Shown here one piece after another: positions 1 through 9,478 of a stretch of 64,000 nucleotides of DNA (within the stretch, counting starts at the first letter, position 1; every line of letters begins with the position of its first letter). The notes beneath the pieces were generated by a model that ran no database searches, had not been told where the DNA came from, and saw only the letters and a list, made by a program, of their open reading frames with translations. The stretch is from Aulosira sp. ZfuVER01 (GTDB lineage Bacteria; Cyanobacteriota; Cyanobacteriia; Cyanobacteriales; Nostocaceae). A program made the translations under genes and the position numbers. The stretch covers positions 1 through 64,000 of the forward strand of contig JAVRCV020000006.1 in assembly GCA_034530615.2 (NCBI GenBank). Reading direction: 5' to 3'.

Positions 1-422
1 AAGATTTGGATCATGCGTAACGTCAAACAGGCAGATTAACTCTTGTGGGGATTCTATTAAAGTATAGAAAAGTCCACCGGCAGCAGCAGGCGATCGCTTT
101 TATGCTTCAAGAAGCTTTACCAACTGATGTCGTTCCTGTCCCAGACATTAGCCAGCTAGTACTCGAACAATCCAAAATTTTTGGGTAAAGGTAAGCTTGG
201 GAGGTTGGAGAAGCTGAGGAGGCTGGGGAAAAGATCGCCATTTTTCCATAATTGTTGGACTGTAGCTCTAGCCTCAGACAAGAAAAATCAAATATTAATT
301 TAATACAACAGAATTGTTTTTCTCAGTAAAACTGCTGTTACCCTCTAAAACAGTGGCTTTTAAAAGCTGCTGCAAAATATCCGCTCAAAATCCGAAAATA
401 ACTCGTGAAACAGGAGAAGAGC

Positions 423-1460
423 ATGAAATTTCATATCTGCAACTCCAAATGTTTTTGCTGCTTTGTTCCTCCCTTTGTTACCGAAAACTTAGCAAAAGCA
501 GGAGTTGAATCAGCACGAGAGAGTCTTTTACAAAGCAGGGAGCTACGTCAAAAAAGAACTGCTACAACTGAGAAAAAGCGTAAAAAAGCTCAACCTACTG
601 GCACATCTGCTCGTGAAGTATACGATTCTGAAAATCAGGAAGAGCAACGGATTAAATTAGTGCGTAATGAGGGTGCGCCTGTTACTGTTGATGAAGATGT
701 GACCCTAGCTTACGACTACTCCGGTTTAGTTCGTGAATACTTCAAAAATCTGCTAGGGAGAAACTCCATTGATAACCTCGGAATGGATTTAATTCTCAAT
801 GTTCATTTTGGAAAACTTTACATGAACGCCTTCTGGGATGGCGATGAAATGACGTTTGGGGATGGCGATGGTCAAATATTTACGAGTTTTGCCAAATCAC
901 TAGATGTGGTTGCTCACGAGCTAGCTCATGGTGTTACTCAGTTTACAGCTAGTCTAGAATACTACAGTCAGTCTGGAGCGTTAAACGAACATTTCTCTGA
1001 TGTGTTTGGTACTGCAATCACTCAGTTTGCCCTCAAACAGACTGCTGATGATGCAGACTGGCTAATTGGTGATGAAATTATGGGGCCAGAATTGTACGGT
1101 GAAGCCCTGCGTTCAATGAAAGAACCTGGAACAGCTTATGATAATTCCCTGTTAGGTAAAGACCCTCAGCCTGGTCACATGAAAGATTACTTTCAGGGAG
1201 AAGATGATAATCAGGGAGTACATATTAATAGTGGTATTCCCAATAAAGCATTCTACCTAACGGCAATGGAGATTGGCACAGATAAAGCAACGTTAATTTG
1301 GTACACTGCTTTGCAGAAACTCTGGGCAACTGCTAATTTCAACGATGCTGTTACTGTGATTGTGGACTCTACTCGCTTGTTGATCAAGAGTGGACAAGTA
1401 CCAGTTGGTTCAACTCAAATAGTACGGTCAGCTTTTAAAGCAGTAGGGCTTCCATCCTAA
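423..1460 (+). CDS. M4 family zinc metalloprotease, protealysin-like
   Basis: HELAH zinc motif, NAFWDG, GALNEHFSD, GVHINSGIPN; short propeptide with CFVPPFV (PPL-like); no signal peptide; ATG at 423 preferred over GTG at 405. Confidence 0.92.
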   Translation: MKFHICNSKCFCCFVPPFVTENLAKAGVESARESLLQSRELRQKRTATTEKKRKKAQPTGTSAREVYDSENQEEQRIKLVRNEGAPVTVDEDVTLAYDYSGLVREYFKNLLGRNSIDNLGMDLILNVHFGKLYMNAFWDGDEMTFGDGDGQIFTSFAKSLDVVAHELAHGVTQFTASLEYYSQSGALNEHFSDVFGTAITQFALKQTADDADWLIGDEIMGPELYGEALRSMKEPGTAYDNSLLGKDPQPGHMKDYFQGEDDNQGVHINSGIPNKAFYLTAMEIGTDKATLIWYTALQKLWATANFNDAVTVIVDSTRLLIKSGQVPVGSTQIVRSAFKAVGLPS

Positions 1461-1509
1461 CTGTTATTATCTGGCTTGTAGAAATTAACGTTAGTTAGTT
1501 CTGTAAAAA

Positions 1510-1538
1510 GGGTGCGTTAGGCTTGTCTTAACGCATCC
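1510..1538. terminator. Hairpin between convergent genes (terminator or REP-like palindrome)
   Basis: GGGTGCGTTAGG...CTTAACGCATCC inverted repeat. Confidence 0.5.
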
Positions 1539-1604
1539 GATATTAGTGGAATTTGCGGGGTAATACTCAATTTACAAAAGTTTTTACTGTAGTCTTAGAG
1601 GATG

Positions 1605-2165
1605 CTAATCAAATAGCACGCATTGAAATCCAGTTTGCTGCTTTATTACTTGTTTATAGCCTTCAAATGTAGTATTCAACCGTGCGAAATCAGATTCCTT
1701 AATGCCTTTGACATATATACAAGATTTGTCTGCCCAAAGTTCATAACCAGCATCACTGCGACCATGAAAGGTTCTTTGTTCGGTAGTGGTAGCCTTAGCT
1801 ACTAATGGTGTAGGATGTCTGTAGAAAATGTCGCTCATAGCAATTACTCCGCCAATCAAACCCAGTAAAACTGCACTCACGGCTTGTACAAGATGTGTAT
1901 TATCTACATACTTGTCAGAGTGAAGGGCAAAATATCTGTTCCAATTTTTTCCAGATATATGTATTGATTTAATTTTTGGCTGAATTGCTTCTAGCACTTT
2001 AATAATTCGGATGCAAATCTTTGAGTCAGTTGATTTTATTTTCAAAAATAAAGTCACCCGATATTTAATTTGGGGTTCCACTTTTATGAAAATTGCTTGT
2101 TCTATTAAAGAAGCGATCGCGTGGATGTCTCCATTGCGGGCAGATTCAAATATATTATCTTGCAT
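1605..2165 (-). CDS. Hypothetical single-TM membrane protein
   Basis: 186 aa ORF; N-terminal IFESARNGDIHAIASLI helix; hydrophobic AVSAVLLGLIGGVIAMS. Confidence 0.65.
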   Translation of the reverse strand: MQDNIFESARNGDIHAIASLIEQAIFIKVEPQIKYRVTLFLKIKSTDSKICIRIIKVLEAIQPKIKSIHISGKNWNRYFALHSDKYVDNTHLVQAVSAVLLGLIGGVIAMSDIFYRHPTPLVAKATTTEQRTFHGRSDAGYELWADKSCIYVKGIKESDFARLNTTFEGYKQVIKQQTGFQCVLFD

Positions 2166-2470
2166 AAAAGAATAAAAGTGCGTAATACAGTTTTTTAGTG
2201 GCAGCTTGTAATTGACGTGGTAGGTTCACCAAAAGTTGTTTTGTCGCTCTACAAAAAAATCTTCTCAGCTTCTTATTGCCTGTTCATCAGGAATCTATAC
2301 TAGAGCAATTGCATCAAGCATTGTTAAGCGAAGTTAATGATTAGCTTTAATCTCTTTAGCTAGAGATTGCCGTTTCTACTTATTCCCAAGTCGGATAATG
2401 ATGTTGGATAATTCTAGTTGACAAACAGGTTGATCGTCTAGGCGATCGCTAAAAAAATTCTCTCAAACTA

Positions 2471-2499
2471 TTTTTGTAATACAATAAATATTACAAAAA
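2471..2499. promoter_or_regulatory. Perfect 11-bp inverted repeat, candidate operator upstream of RNA ligase
   Basis: TTTTTGTAATA-CAATAAA-TATTACAAAAA, ending about 25 bp before ATG 2524. Confidence 0.5.
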
Positions 2500-2523
2500 A
2501 ATCTCAGGATATTTTTGCTATTT

Positions 2524-3603
2524 ATGGACACAGTAGATAGCAACGTCACAGACTGGACGTACCTCAGCTATGAAAAAATTCCAGAAAATTCCAATAAATG
2601 GGGTTTGACAGAATCCGATTATCGCCTTTTTAATAAAACAGAGTGGATGGTAACGGAAAAAATACATGGTGCTAATTTTGGTATAACTACCGACGGTTCC
2701 GAGGTACGCTTTGCCAAAAGGAAGGAGTTTTTACAGCCAGAAGATGATTTTTTTGGTTATCAATCTTTAAAAGATAAATTAGCGCATCAGGTAAAAGAGA
2801 TTTTCCGAATCTTGCAGTTGGATACTCCTTGGCAGAAAATATATGTTTATGGTGAATTGTTTGGTGGAGATTATCCCCATCCGGATATACCTGCTGTTAA
2901 TTATGTCCAGGCTGTGCAGACTGGTGTTTATTATTCGCCAAAAATAGAATATTGTGCTTTTGATATTGTTGGGTTGAAGAGTGAAAACACAGCAGTAAGA
3001 TATTATCTCGATTATGAAATAGCGCTCAAACTATTTCAGCAAGTAGAAATGATGGCAGCAGCGCCATTATTCATTGGTAAATATAATGATGCTTTGGCAT
3101 ATAACATTGAGTTTGAGTCTACAATTCCAGCAATTTTAGGTTTGCCTAAATTGCCCTGTGTAAATAAGGCTGAAGGAGTTATAATCAAACCACTTCATTC
3201 TATTTATATAGATACAGGTAAAGAGAAAATCCGTCCCATTATTAAAAGGAAAATCCCAGAATTTGCAGAAGACAGCCGATTTCATCAGGCAAAAAAATGG
3301 ACTGTGCAACAACAGCCAATAATTACTCAACAATTGAGTCTTGAAGAAGAGTTAAGCCAAGAAATGTTAGCATTAGTCACACTCAACAGGTTGAACAATG
3401 TTATTTCCAAAGTTGGGAGAGTTGCTGCAAATAATATAAAACAGCGGCAAAAATTGGTGAAATTGTTAGTTAATGACGTATTAGAAAGCTTTCAAGAAGA
3501 GTATGAAAGTATTTTTAATGCGTTAGAAGATACCGAGCGGCAAAGTATGATTGAGGAGTTAAATCAAGCATCACAACAGTTAGTTGATGATTACTGCCAA
3601 TAA
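2524..3603 (+). CDS. ATP-dependent RNA ligase, Rnl2 family
   Basis: Nucleotidyltransferase motifs EKIHGANF (I), YGELFGG (III), AFDI (IIIa), EGVIIKP (IV), IIKRK (V); C-terminal RLNNVISKVG. Confidence 0.9.
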   Translation: MDTVDSNVTDWTYLSYEKIPENSNKWGLTESDYRLFNKTEWMVTEKIHGANFGITTDGSEVRFAKRKEFLQPEDDFFGYQSLKDKLAHQVKEIFRILQLDTPWQKIYVYGELFGGDYPHPDIPAVNYVQAVQTGVYYSPKIEYCAFDIVGLKSENTAVRYYLDYEIALKLFQQVEMMAAAPLFIGKYNDALAYNIEFESTIPAILGLPKLPCVNKAEGVIIKPLHSIYIDTGKEKIRPIIKRKIPEFAEDSRFHQAKKWTVQQQPIITQQLSLEEELSQEMLALVTLNRLNNVISKVGRVAANNIKQRQKLVKLLVNDVLESFQEEYESIFNALEDTERQSMIEELNQASQQLVDDYCQ

Positions 3604-3607
3604 ATTT

Positions 3608-3640
3608 AGATGCCCTAGTTTTTGAAAAAGTCGGGCATCT
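3608..3640. terminator. Palindromic repeat / bidirectional terminator
   Basis: AGATGCCC...AAGTCGGGCATCT between convergent genes; same family as 29034 and 29510. Confidence 0.55.
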
Positions 3641-3655
3641 TGCAAATCTGTAAAA

Positions 3656-5089
3656 TTAAGCTGGTTTCCATGTACCGTGAAAACTTGGAGGAATAACACT
3701 AGGTAAACCTAGTTTGCAAACGGGTGTTTCATCCAGGCGATCGCTATCGAATACCCAAACTTCGCTACTATCAGAATTACCATCATAGACAACTGTTAGC
3801 AGCCAACTTTGCTCTTGATTTTGCGCATCTTGAACGTGAATAGGTTCTGAACAATAGTGGTTTGCGCCTAAATCTGTTTCGGTAAAGGTTTCAGTTTGGC
3901 AATCGAAACGGGCGATCGTGTTTAATATCTCTTGACTAATATCTGATTCTTGGCGGAATGAAGACATATATGTATACCGCGAAGCTTGCCCAACATTTTG
4001 CTGAGGTACGCTAGGAAATTCACAATGTCTGTCTATTAGTTCTTGAATTGCTGTAACTTTACCTGTGTCGGGATGTAAATGAACTCGCGTTAGGGTACTC
4101 TTAGCCGGGGTGTGAGTCTCACCTGTGGCTACTTCTTTGAGATACTGGTTTGTCTGAAAATCGTTATAGCGGGCGATATCAACAATTACTGCACCACTAA
4201 CATCGACATAACCGTTAGCAAAATGCCATTGAAACCAAGGTTCAGTTTGTCCCCGACTTACCAAAGATAAGTTTTCACGGTCAATTACCAAAATCTGAGT
4301 ACCTACTTCGGGGTGCCATTGAAGTGAATCGCTATATGTACTAGTTCCAAAGAGAATAGGCCAAATATTCAGCCGTACCGCTGGTGCAAAAAATACAAGA
4401 TACTGTCCCGCCAGCACAAAATCATGAATTAGGGGTATGCCTTCTAATTTAAACTGGGCTTTTTGGACTATTTTGCCTGTAAAGTCGCTTTTATAAACAT
4501 TGAGTGTGGCATTTGCTGCCGGGCTTACACCAAAGTTAAAAATCTCTCTAGTTTGGTAATCAACTTTAGGATGAGCAGAATAGGCTAATCCCTTATCCAA
4601 ACCATCTAAATTATCTAAACCTCTAGTTTCTAGGCTTTGAAGGTCAAGGGCATAAGGGTTATCGCCTTCCCAAAGTGCTAAAAGTTTATCAGGTAATGCC
4701 AACACTGAGGTATTAGCTGAGTTCTTGACTGGTCTGCGCCATTGATTCCAAATTGGCCCTGGTGCTTTCATGCCATAGTTACCGTAAAGCAGTTTACCTG
4801 CGGCTACGTCTTTTTGATAACCAGATGTTTGCACGTAGCGATAAACTCCAGTGGCTCCGGAGTCAGTAAAATTCACGGACAGAATTGCCCCATCTCCATC
4901 AAACCAGTGACCTACATGGATGCCACCACGTTCTAGGCGTGCGGGGCCATTGCGGTAAAGTGTGCCGCGTAAGCCTTCTGGGATGTTACCAGCAAGAATC
5001 GGTAATTCAGTGCGGGGAAACTCGGTCGCAGGTTGGGCGATCGCATTTGCCCAGTCTCTTTTTGTTGACTTTTCGTTGAGTGTGTGCAT
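3656..5089 (-). CDS. Carotenoid oxygenase (CCD/RPE65 family)
   Basis: GTLYRNGP, HWFDGDG, SAHPK, IHDF, HFAN, EFP, SEP, FHG iron-ligand pattern. Confidence 0.93.
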   Translation of the reverse strand: MHTLNEKSTKRDWANAIAQPATEFPRTELPILAGNIPEGLRGTLYRNGPARLERGGIHVGHWFDGDGAILSVNFTDSGATGVYRYVQTSGYQKDVAAGKLLYGNYGMKAPGPIWNQWRRPVKNSANTSVLALPDKLLALWEGDNPYALDLQSLETRGLDNLDGLDKGLAYSAHPKVDYQTREIFNFGVSPAANATLNVYKSDFTGKIVQKAQFKLEGIPLIHDFVLAGQYLVFFAPAVRLNIWPILFGTSTYSDSLQWHPEVGTQILVIDRENLSLVSRGQTEPWFQWHFANGYVDVSGAVIVDIARYNDFQTNQYLKEVATGETHTPAKSTLTRVHLHPDTGKVTAIQELIDRHCEFPSVPQQNVGQASRYTYMSSFRQESDISQEILNTIARFDCQTETFTETDLGANHYCSEPIHVQDAQNQEQSWLLTVVYDGNSDSSEVWVFDSDRLDETPVCKLGLPSVIPPSFHGTWKPA

Positions 5090-5316
5090 ATAAATTTTTC
5101 ATTTAGGCTTGGCGATTGAGTCAATTAAGTTTAGTAAAATTGAGCGAAATAATAATCACTCCTAATGTGGTGAAAGAGGAGAAAATTTTTATCTTTTTTT
5201 CTAAAACCTATTGAAGCCCTCAAGTTGTCATGCTCAAATAAAAACTCAAGGTGCTAAAAATAGATTTTGAGTATAAACTGAAACCAACTTTCGAGAATTG
5301 GTAACTAGGTGCAATA

Positions 5317-5841
5317 ATGTCTACTGCTACGGTTAAGGCCTGTAGTTTGGGGCGAAAAATTTATCTTAACGCCCACAGCTTTGGCAGAGCGATCGCTTTA
5401 TTGATGATGCTGTGGGGGTGTACAACACCTGGTTTTAACGCCTCTAATGTAACTTGGAAGACTTATACAAATAACCGTTACGGTTTTGAGTTTCCTTATC
5501 CTAGTAACTGGGATGCCTTACCACCACCAGACAATGACGATGGAATTGCCTTTGTCTCCCCCGAAAAAAATACAGTAGAAATTCGCTCTTGGGCAGGTAA
5601 TCGGCTACCAGAATCATTTAATCGAGATGCTAAAGTTACTGTCAATCCCAATTTTAAGACTGCTCAAGGAATACCTGGAGTAATGGTTGTCGAAGTCGGT
5701 CAACAAGTAAGTTCCATGACTCTCACAATCACTCAAGGTCAAGTTAAATACTACTGGCAAGGGCGCAGCCAAAGCAAAGATTTTACTGATTACTACCGTT
5801 TCTTTTACTACATTGCCCAACAATACAAAGTACCTAAGTGA
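5317..5841 (+). CDS. Putative lipoprotein, PsbP-like fold
   Basis: Hydrophobic stretch with LWGC lipobox; WKTYTNNRYGFEFPYPSNW motif. Confidence 0.65.
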   Translation: MSTATVKACSLGRKIYLNAHSFGRAIALLMMLWGCTTPGFNASNVTWKTYTNNRYGFEFPYPSNWDALPPPDNDDGIAFVSPEKNTVEIRSWAGNRLPESFNRDAKVTVNPNFKTAQGIPGVMVVEVGQQVSSMTLTITQGQVKYYWQGRSQSKDFTDYYRFFYYIAQQYKVPK

Positions 5842-5843
5842 TT

Positions 5844-5975
5844 TTTGTCATTTGTCAATAGTCCAGAGTCAAGGGTCAAGTATCAAAAGGCAATAGTTAT
5901 TCGTCATTTGTCATTTGTTCTTGTCTCCCTCATCCCCCCACACTTCCCACACTCCCCACACCCTCACCTCCCATA
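5844..5975. repeat. Short tandem repeats (7-mer TTTGTCA-like and C-rich 8-9-mers)
   Basis: tttgtca tttgtca atagtcc agagtca agggtca ...; cccacact runs. Confidence 0.75.
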
Positions 5976-6129
5976 CATAGCAATGAAAATTTTCTCCCTG
6001 CGACTGGCTTGAAAACCTTTTCCCAGCTATGGCGAACCGCACTTTGAAAAAAACATCTGTTGAGTACTTTCTCCCTTAGGATGGTTGAGAGGGGACACAA
6101 ACCTGGTAGATTTAGCTTACAGCGAGTGA

Positions 6130-7296
<1,167 letters not shown>

Positions 7297-7308
7297 AGTC
7301 AATTCTGT

Positions 7309-7953
7309 GTGCGGCTAATAACAGAACCTTATTTCAGTCAAGTAAGTCGCTGGCCTAAAACTGGTCGTCATATCCTAGCGCAATATGATGACCAGTCAAT
7401 TGTTGTTTATCAGGCGTATCGTCCAGCTATTGGTAACTTCGCTGCCGTCAATGGTTATTTTGGTGGCGATTTTAGTCTTGACCGCATGAGTTGGATCAAG
7501 CCTAACTTCTTGTGGATGATGTACCGTTCCGGCTGGGGTACCAAAGCTGGACAAGAGGTAGTTTTGGCTATCTGGATTAAACGTTCGGCTTTTGATGAAA
7601 TTTTGGACTTGGCTGTTCATTCCAGCTATGTCCCAGAACTTTATCCAAATAAAAGTACATGGCAAACAGCCTTAAAACAGTCACAGGTACGCCTGCAATG
7701 GGACCCAGACCATCACCCATTTGGGGACAAGTTAGAACGACGCGCCATTCAGTTAGGGTTACGCGGTCAAGTATTAGCTGCTTACGCCCAAGATTGGATT
7801 TTGAAGATTGAGGACATCTCCGATTTTGTCCAACAACAGCGACAAAACATTAATTCTGACTGTGCAGAATTGATTACGCCACGGGAGACAGTTTACCCTG
7901 TGATTGAGAAAGAAACTCAAAAGAAGCTGGAATTATCTGCTGGGATTGAATAG
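7309..7953 (+). CDS. DUF4291-like protein
   Basis: IVVYQAY, MSWIKPNFLWMMYRSGWGTK, VRLQWDPDH, RRAIQLGLRG. Confidence 0.85.
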   Translation: MRLITEPYFSQVSRWPKTGRHILAQYDDQSIVVYQAYRPAIGNFAAVNGYFGGDFSLDRMSWIKPNFLWMMYRSGWGTKAGQEVVLAIWIKRSAFDEILDLAVHSSYVPELYPNKSTWQTALKQSQVRLQWDPDHHPFGDKLERRAIQLGLRGQVLAAYAQDWILKIEDISDFVQQQRQNINSDCAELITPRETVYPVIEKETQKKLELSAGIE

Positions 7954-7959
7954 TTTTGC

Positions 7960-9096
7960 ATGAAAATAGCCCTGTTCACTGAAACTTTTTTACCCAAGGT
8001 TGATGGCATTGTAACGCGCCTGCGTCATACCGTTGACCATCTACAGCGTCATGGAAATCAAGTCTTAGTGATTGCCCCAGAAGGCGGAATCACTGAGCAC
8101 AAAGGAGCCAAAGTTTACGGCGTAAGTGGCTTTCCCTTGCCATTATATCCAGAGTTAAAAATGGCTTTACCTCGACCAGCCATCGGTTACGCCTTAGAAG
8201 AGTTTCAACCAGATATTATTCATGTCGTTAATCCAGCGGTTTTGGGTTTAGCTGGGATATTTTATAGCAAAGTCCTCAAAATTCCTTTAGTAGCGTCTTA
8301 CCATACCCATTTACCCCAATATCTTCAACATTACGGCTTGGGGATGCTAGAAGGGTTGCTTTGGGAACTACTCAAAGGTGGCCACAATCAAGCCGAGTTA
8401 AATCTGTGTACTTCCACGGCGATGAAGGAAGAATTAACAGCACATGGTATTGAAAGAGTAGATGTGTGGCAAAGAGGGGTAGATACAGAATTATTTCATC
8501 CTGACTTAGCTAGTATTGAGATGCGATCGCGTTTATCGCAAAATCACCCAGAAAGCCCTCTATTACTCTACGTTGGTCGGCTTTCGGCTGAGAAAGAAAT
8601 CGAGCGCATCAAACCAATTTTAGAGGCAATTCCCGAAGCGCGGTTGGCATTGGTAGGAGATGGCCCCCACCGCCAAGCACTAGAAAAACACTTTGCTGGC
8701 ACGAACACTAACTTTGTTGGCTACCTCATGGGTAGGGAGTTAGGTTCTGCTTTTGCCAGTGCTGATGCTTTTATCTTTCCTTCCCGTACAGAAACACTAG
8801 GATTAGTCCTACTAGAAGCAATGGCGGCTGGTTGTCCTGTAGTCGCAGCTCGTTCGGGCGGAATTCCTGATATTGTTACAGACGGGGTTAATGGCTATCT
8901 TTTTGAGCCAACAGCAGATATTCAAGGTGCAATTACCGCTACTATTCGCCTTTTACAGGAGAAACAAGAATGTGACCTGATCCGTCAAAATGCCCGTAAA
9001 GAAGCCGAAAGGTGGGGATGGGCAAACGCCACACGCCAACTACAAGATTATTATCAAAAGGTGCTTTTTTCGCAAAAGTTGACTAGAGCTATCTAG
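7960..9096 (+). CDS. sqdX: Sulfoquinovosyltransferase (GT4)
   Basis: FTETFLPKVDGIV, SYHTH, ETLGLVLLEAMA; near sqdB. Confidence 0.95.
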   Translation: MKIALFTETFLPKVDGIVTRLRHTVDHLQRHGNQVLVIAPEGGITEHKGAKVYGVSGFPLPLYPELKMALPRPAIGYALEEFQPDIIHVVNPAVLGLAGIFYSKVLKIPLVASYHTHLPQYLQHYGLGMLEGLLWELLKGGHNQAELNLCTSTAMKEELTAHGIERVDVWQRGVDTELFHPDLASIEMRSRLSQNHPESPLLLYVGRLSAEKEIERIKPILEAIPEARLALVGDGPHRQALEKHFAGTNTNFVGYLMGRELGSAFASADAFIFPSRTETLGLVLLEAMAAGCPVVAARSGGIPDIVTDGVNGYLFEPTADIQGAITATIRLLQEKQECDLIRQNARKEAERWGWANATRQLQDYYQKVLFSQKLTRAI

Positions 9097-9370
9097 CTGG
9101 GTGTTGGAAAACAAATGGCACTAAGTGCAGCTTTGTGTAAAATCGTAGTGTTTTTAAATGCAGAGTTTTGCGCATGAGAATTCACTACGAATTCAGAAAA
9201 TGCTGTACTGAATTAACGGATAAAGCGATCGCTCACCAGCAAGATGCGGGGACGTAAATATTTTGAGAGCATTATACTCGCGTCCCCACGTCAATAATTC
9301 GTGTCCTGTGGTAATTCTCAGTTAATGTGGTATAGCGAGTATAAATTTAAAATCTGTCTTGAAAAGTTGA

Positions 9371-9476
9371 GCCAGTGCGTTGGACGGGTTTCCCGGCTTA
9401 AAGCAACTGGCGTTGCTCAACGGGGGGAACCCCCGCACGCAACTTTTCGCAAATCTAAAATCCAAAATCCAAAATT
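9371..9476. repeat. Small dispersed palindromic repeats plus AAAATCC heptamers
   Basis: GCCAGT...ACTGGC hairpin, then GTTGC-TCAACGGGGGGAACCCCCGCAC-GCAAC; related copy at 18937-18978. Confidence 0.65.
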
Positions 9477-9478
9477 CC

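Noticed and set aside
1..188. Protein-like frame ending ..PDISQLVLEQSKIFG* at the window edge
   Set aside because: In-frame TAA at 18-20 and truncated context; cannot distinguish a gene end, a pseudogene or chance
2190..2400. Possible decayed ORF upstream of the 1605-2165 gene
   Set aside because: Multiple stops in the frame examined and no recognisable motif
2476..2494. NtcA site
   Set aside because: GTA and TAC are separated by 13 nt, not 8
9380..9478. Extended cyaB1 N-terminus from TTG
   Set aside because: Sequence consists of dispersed repeats; the recognisable protein starts at ATG 9479
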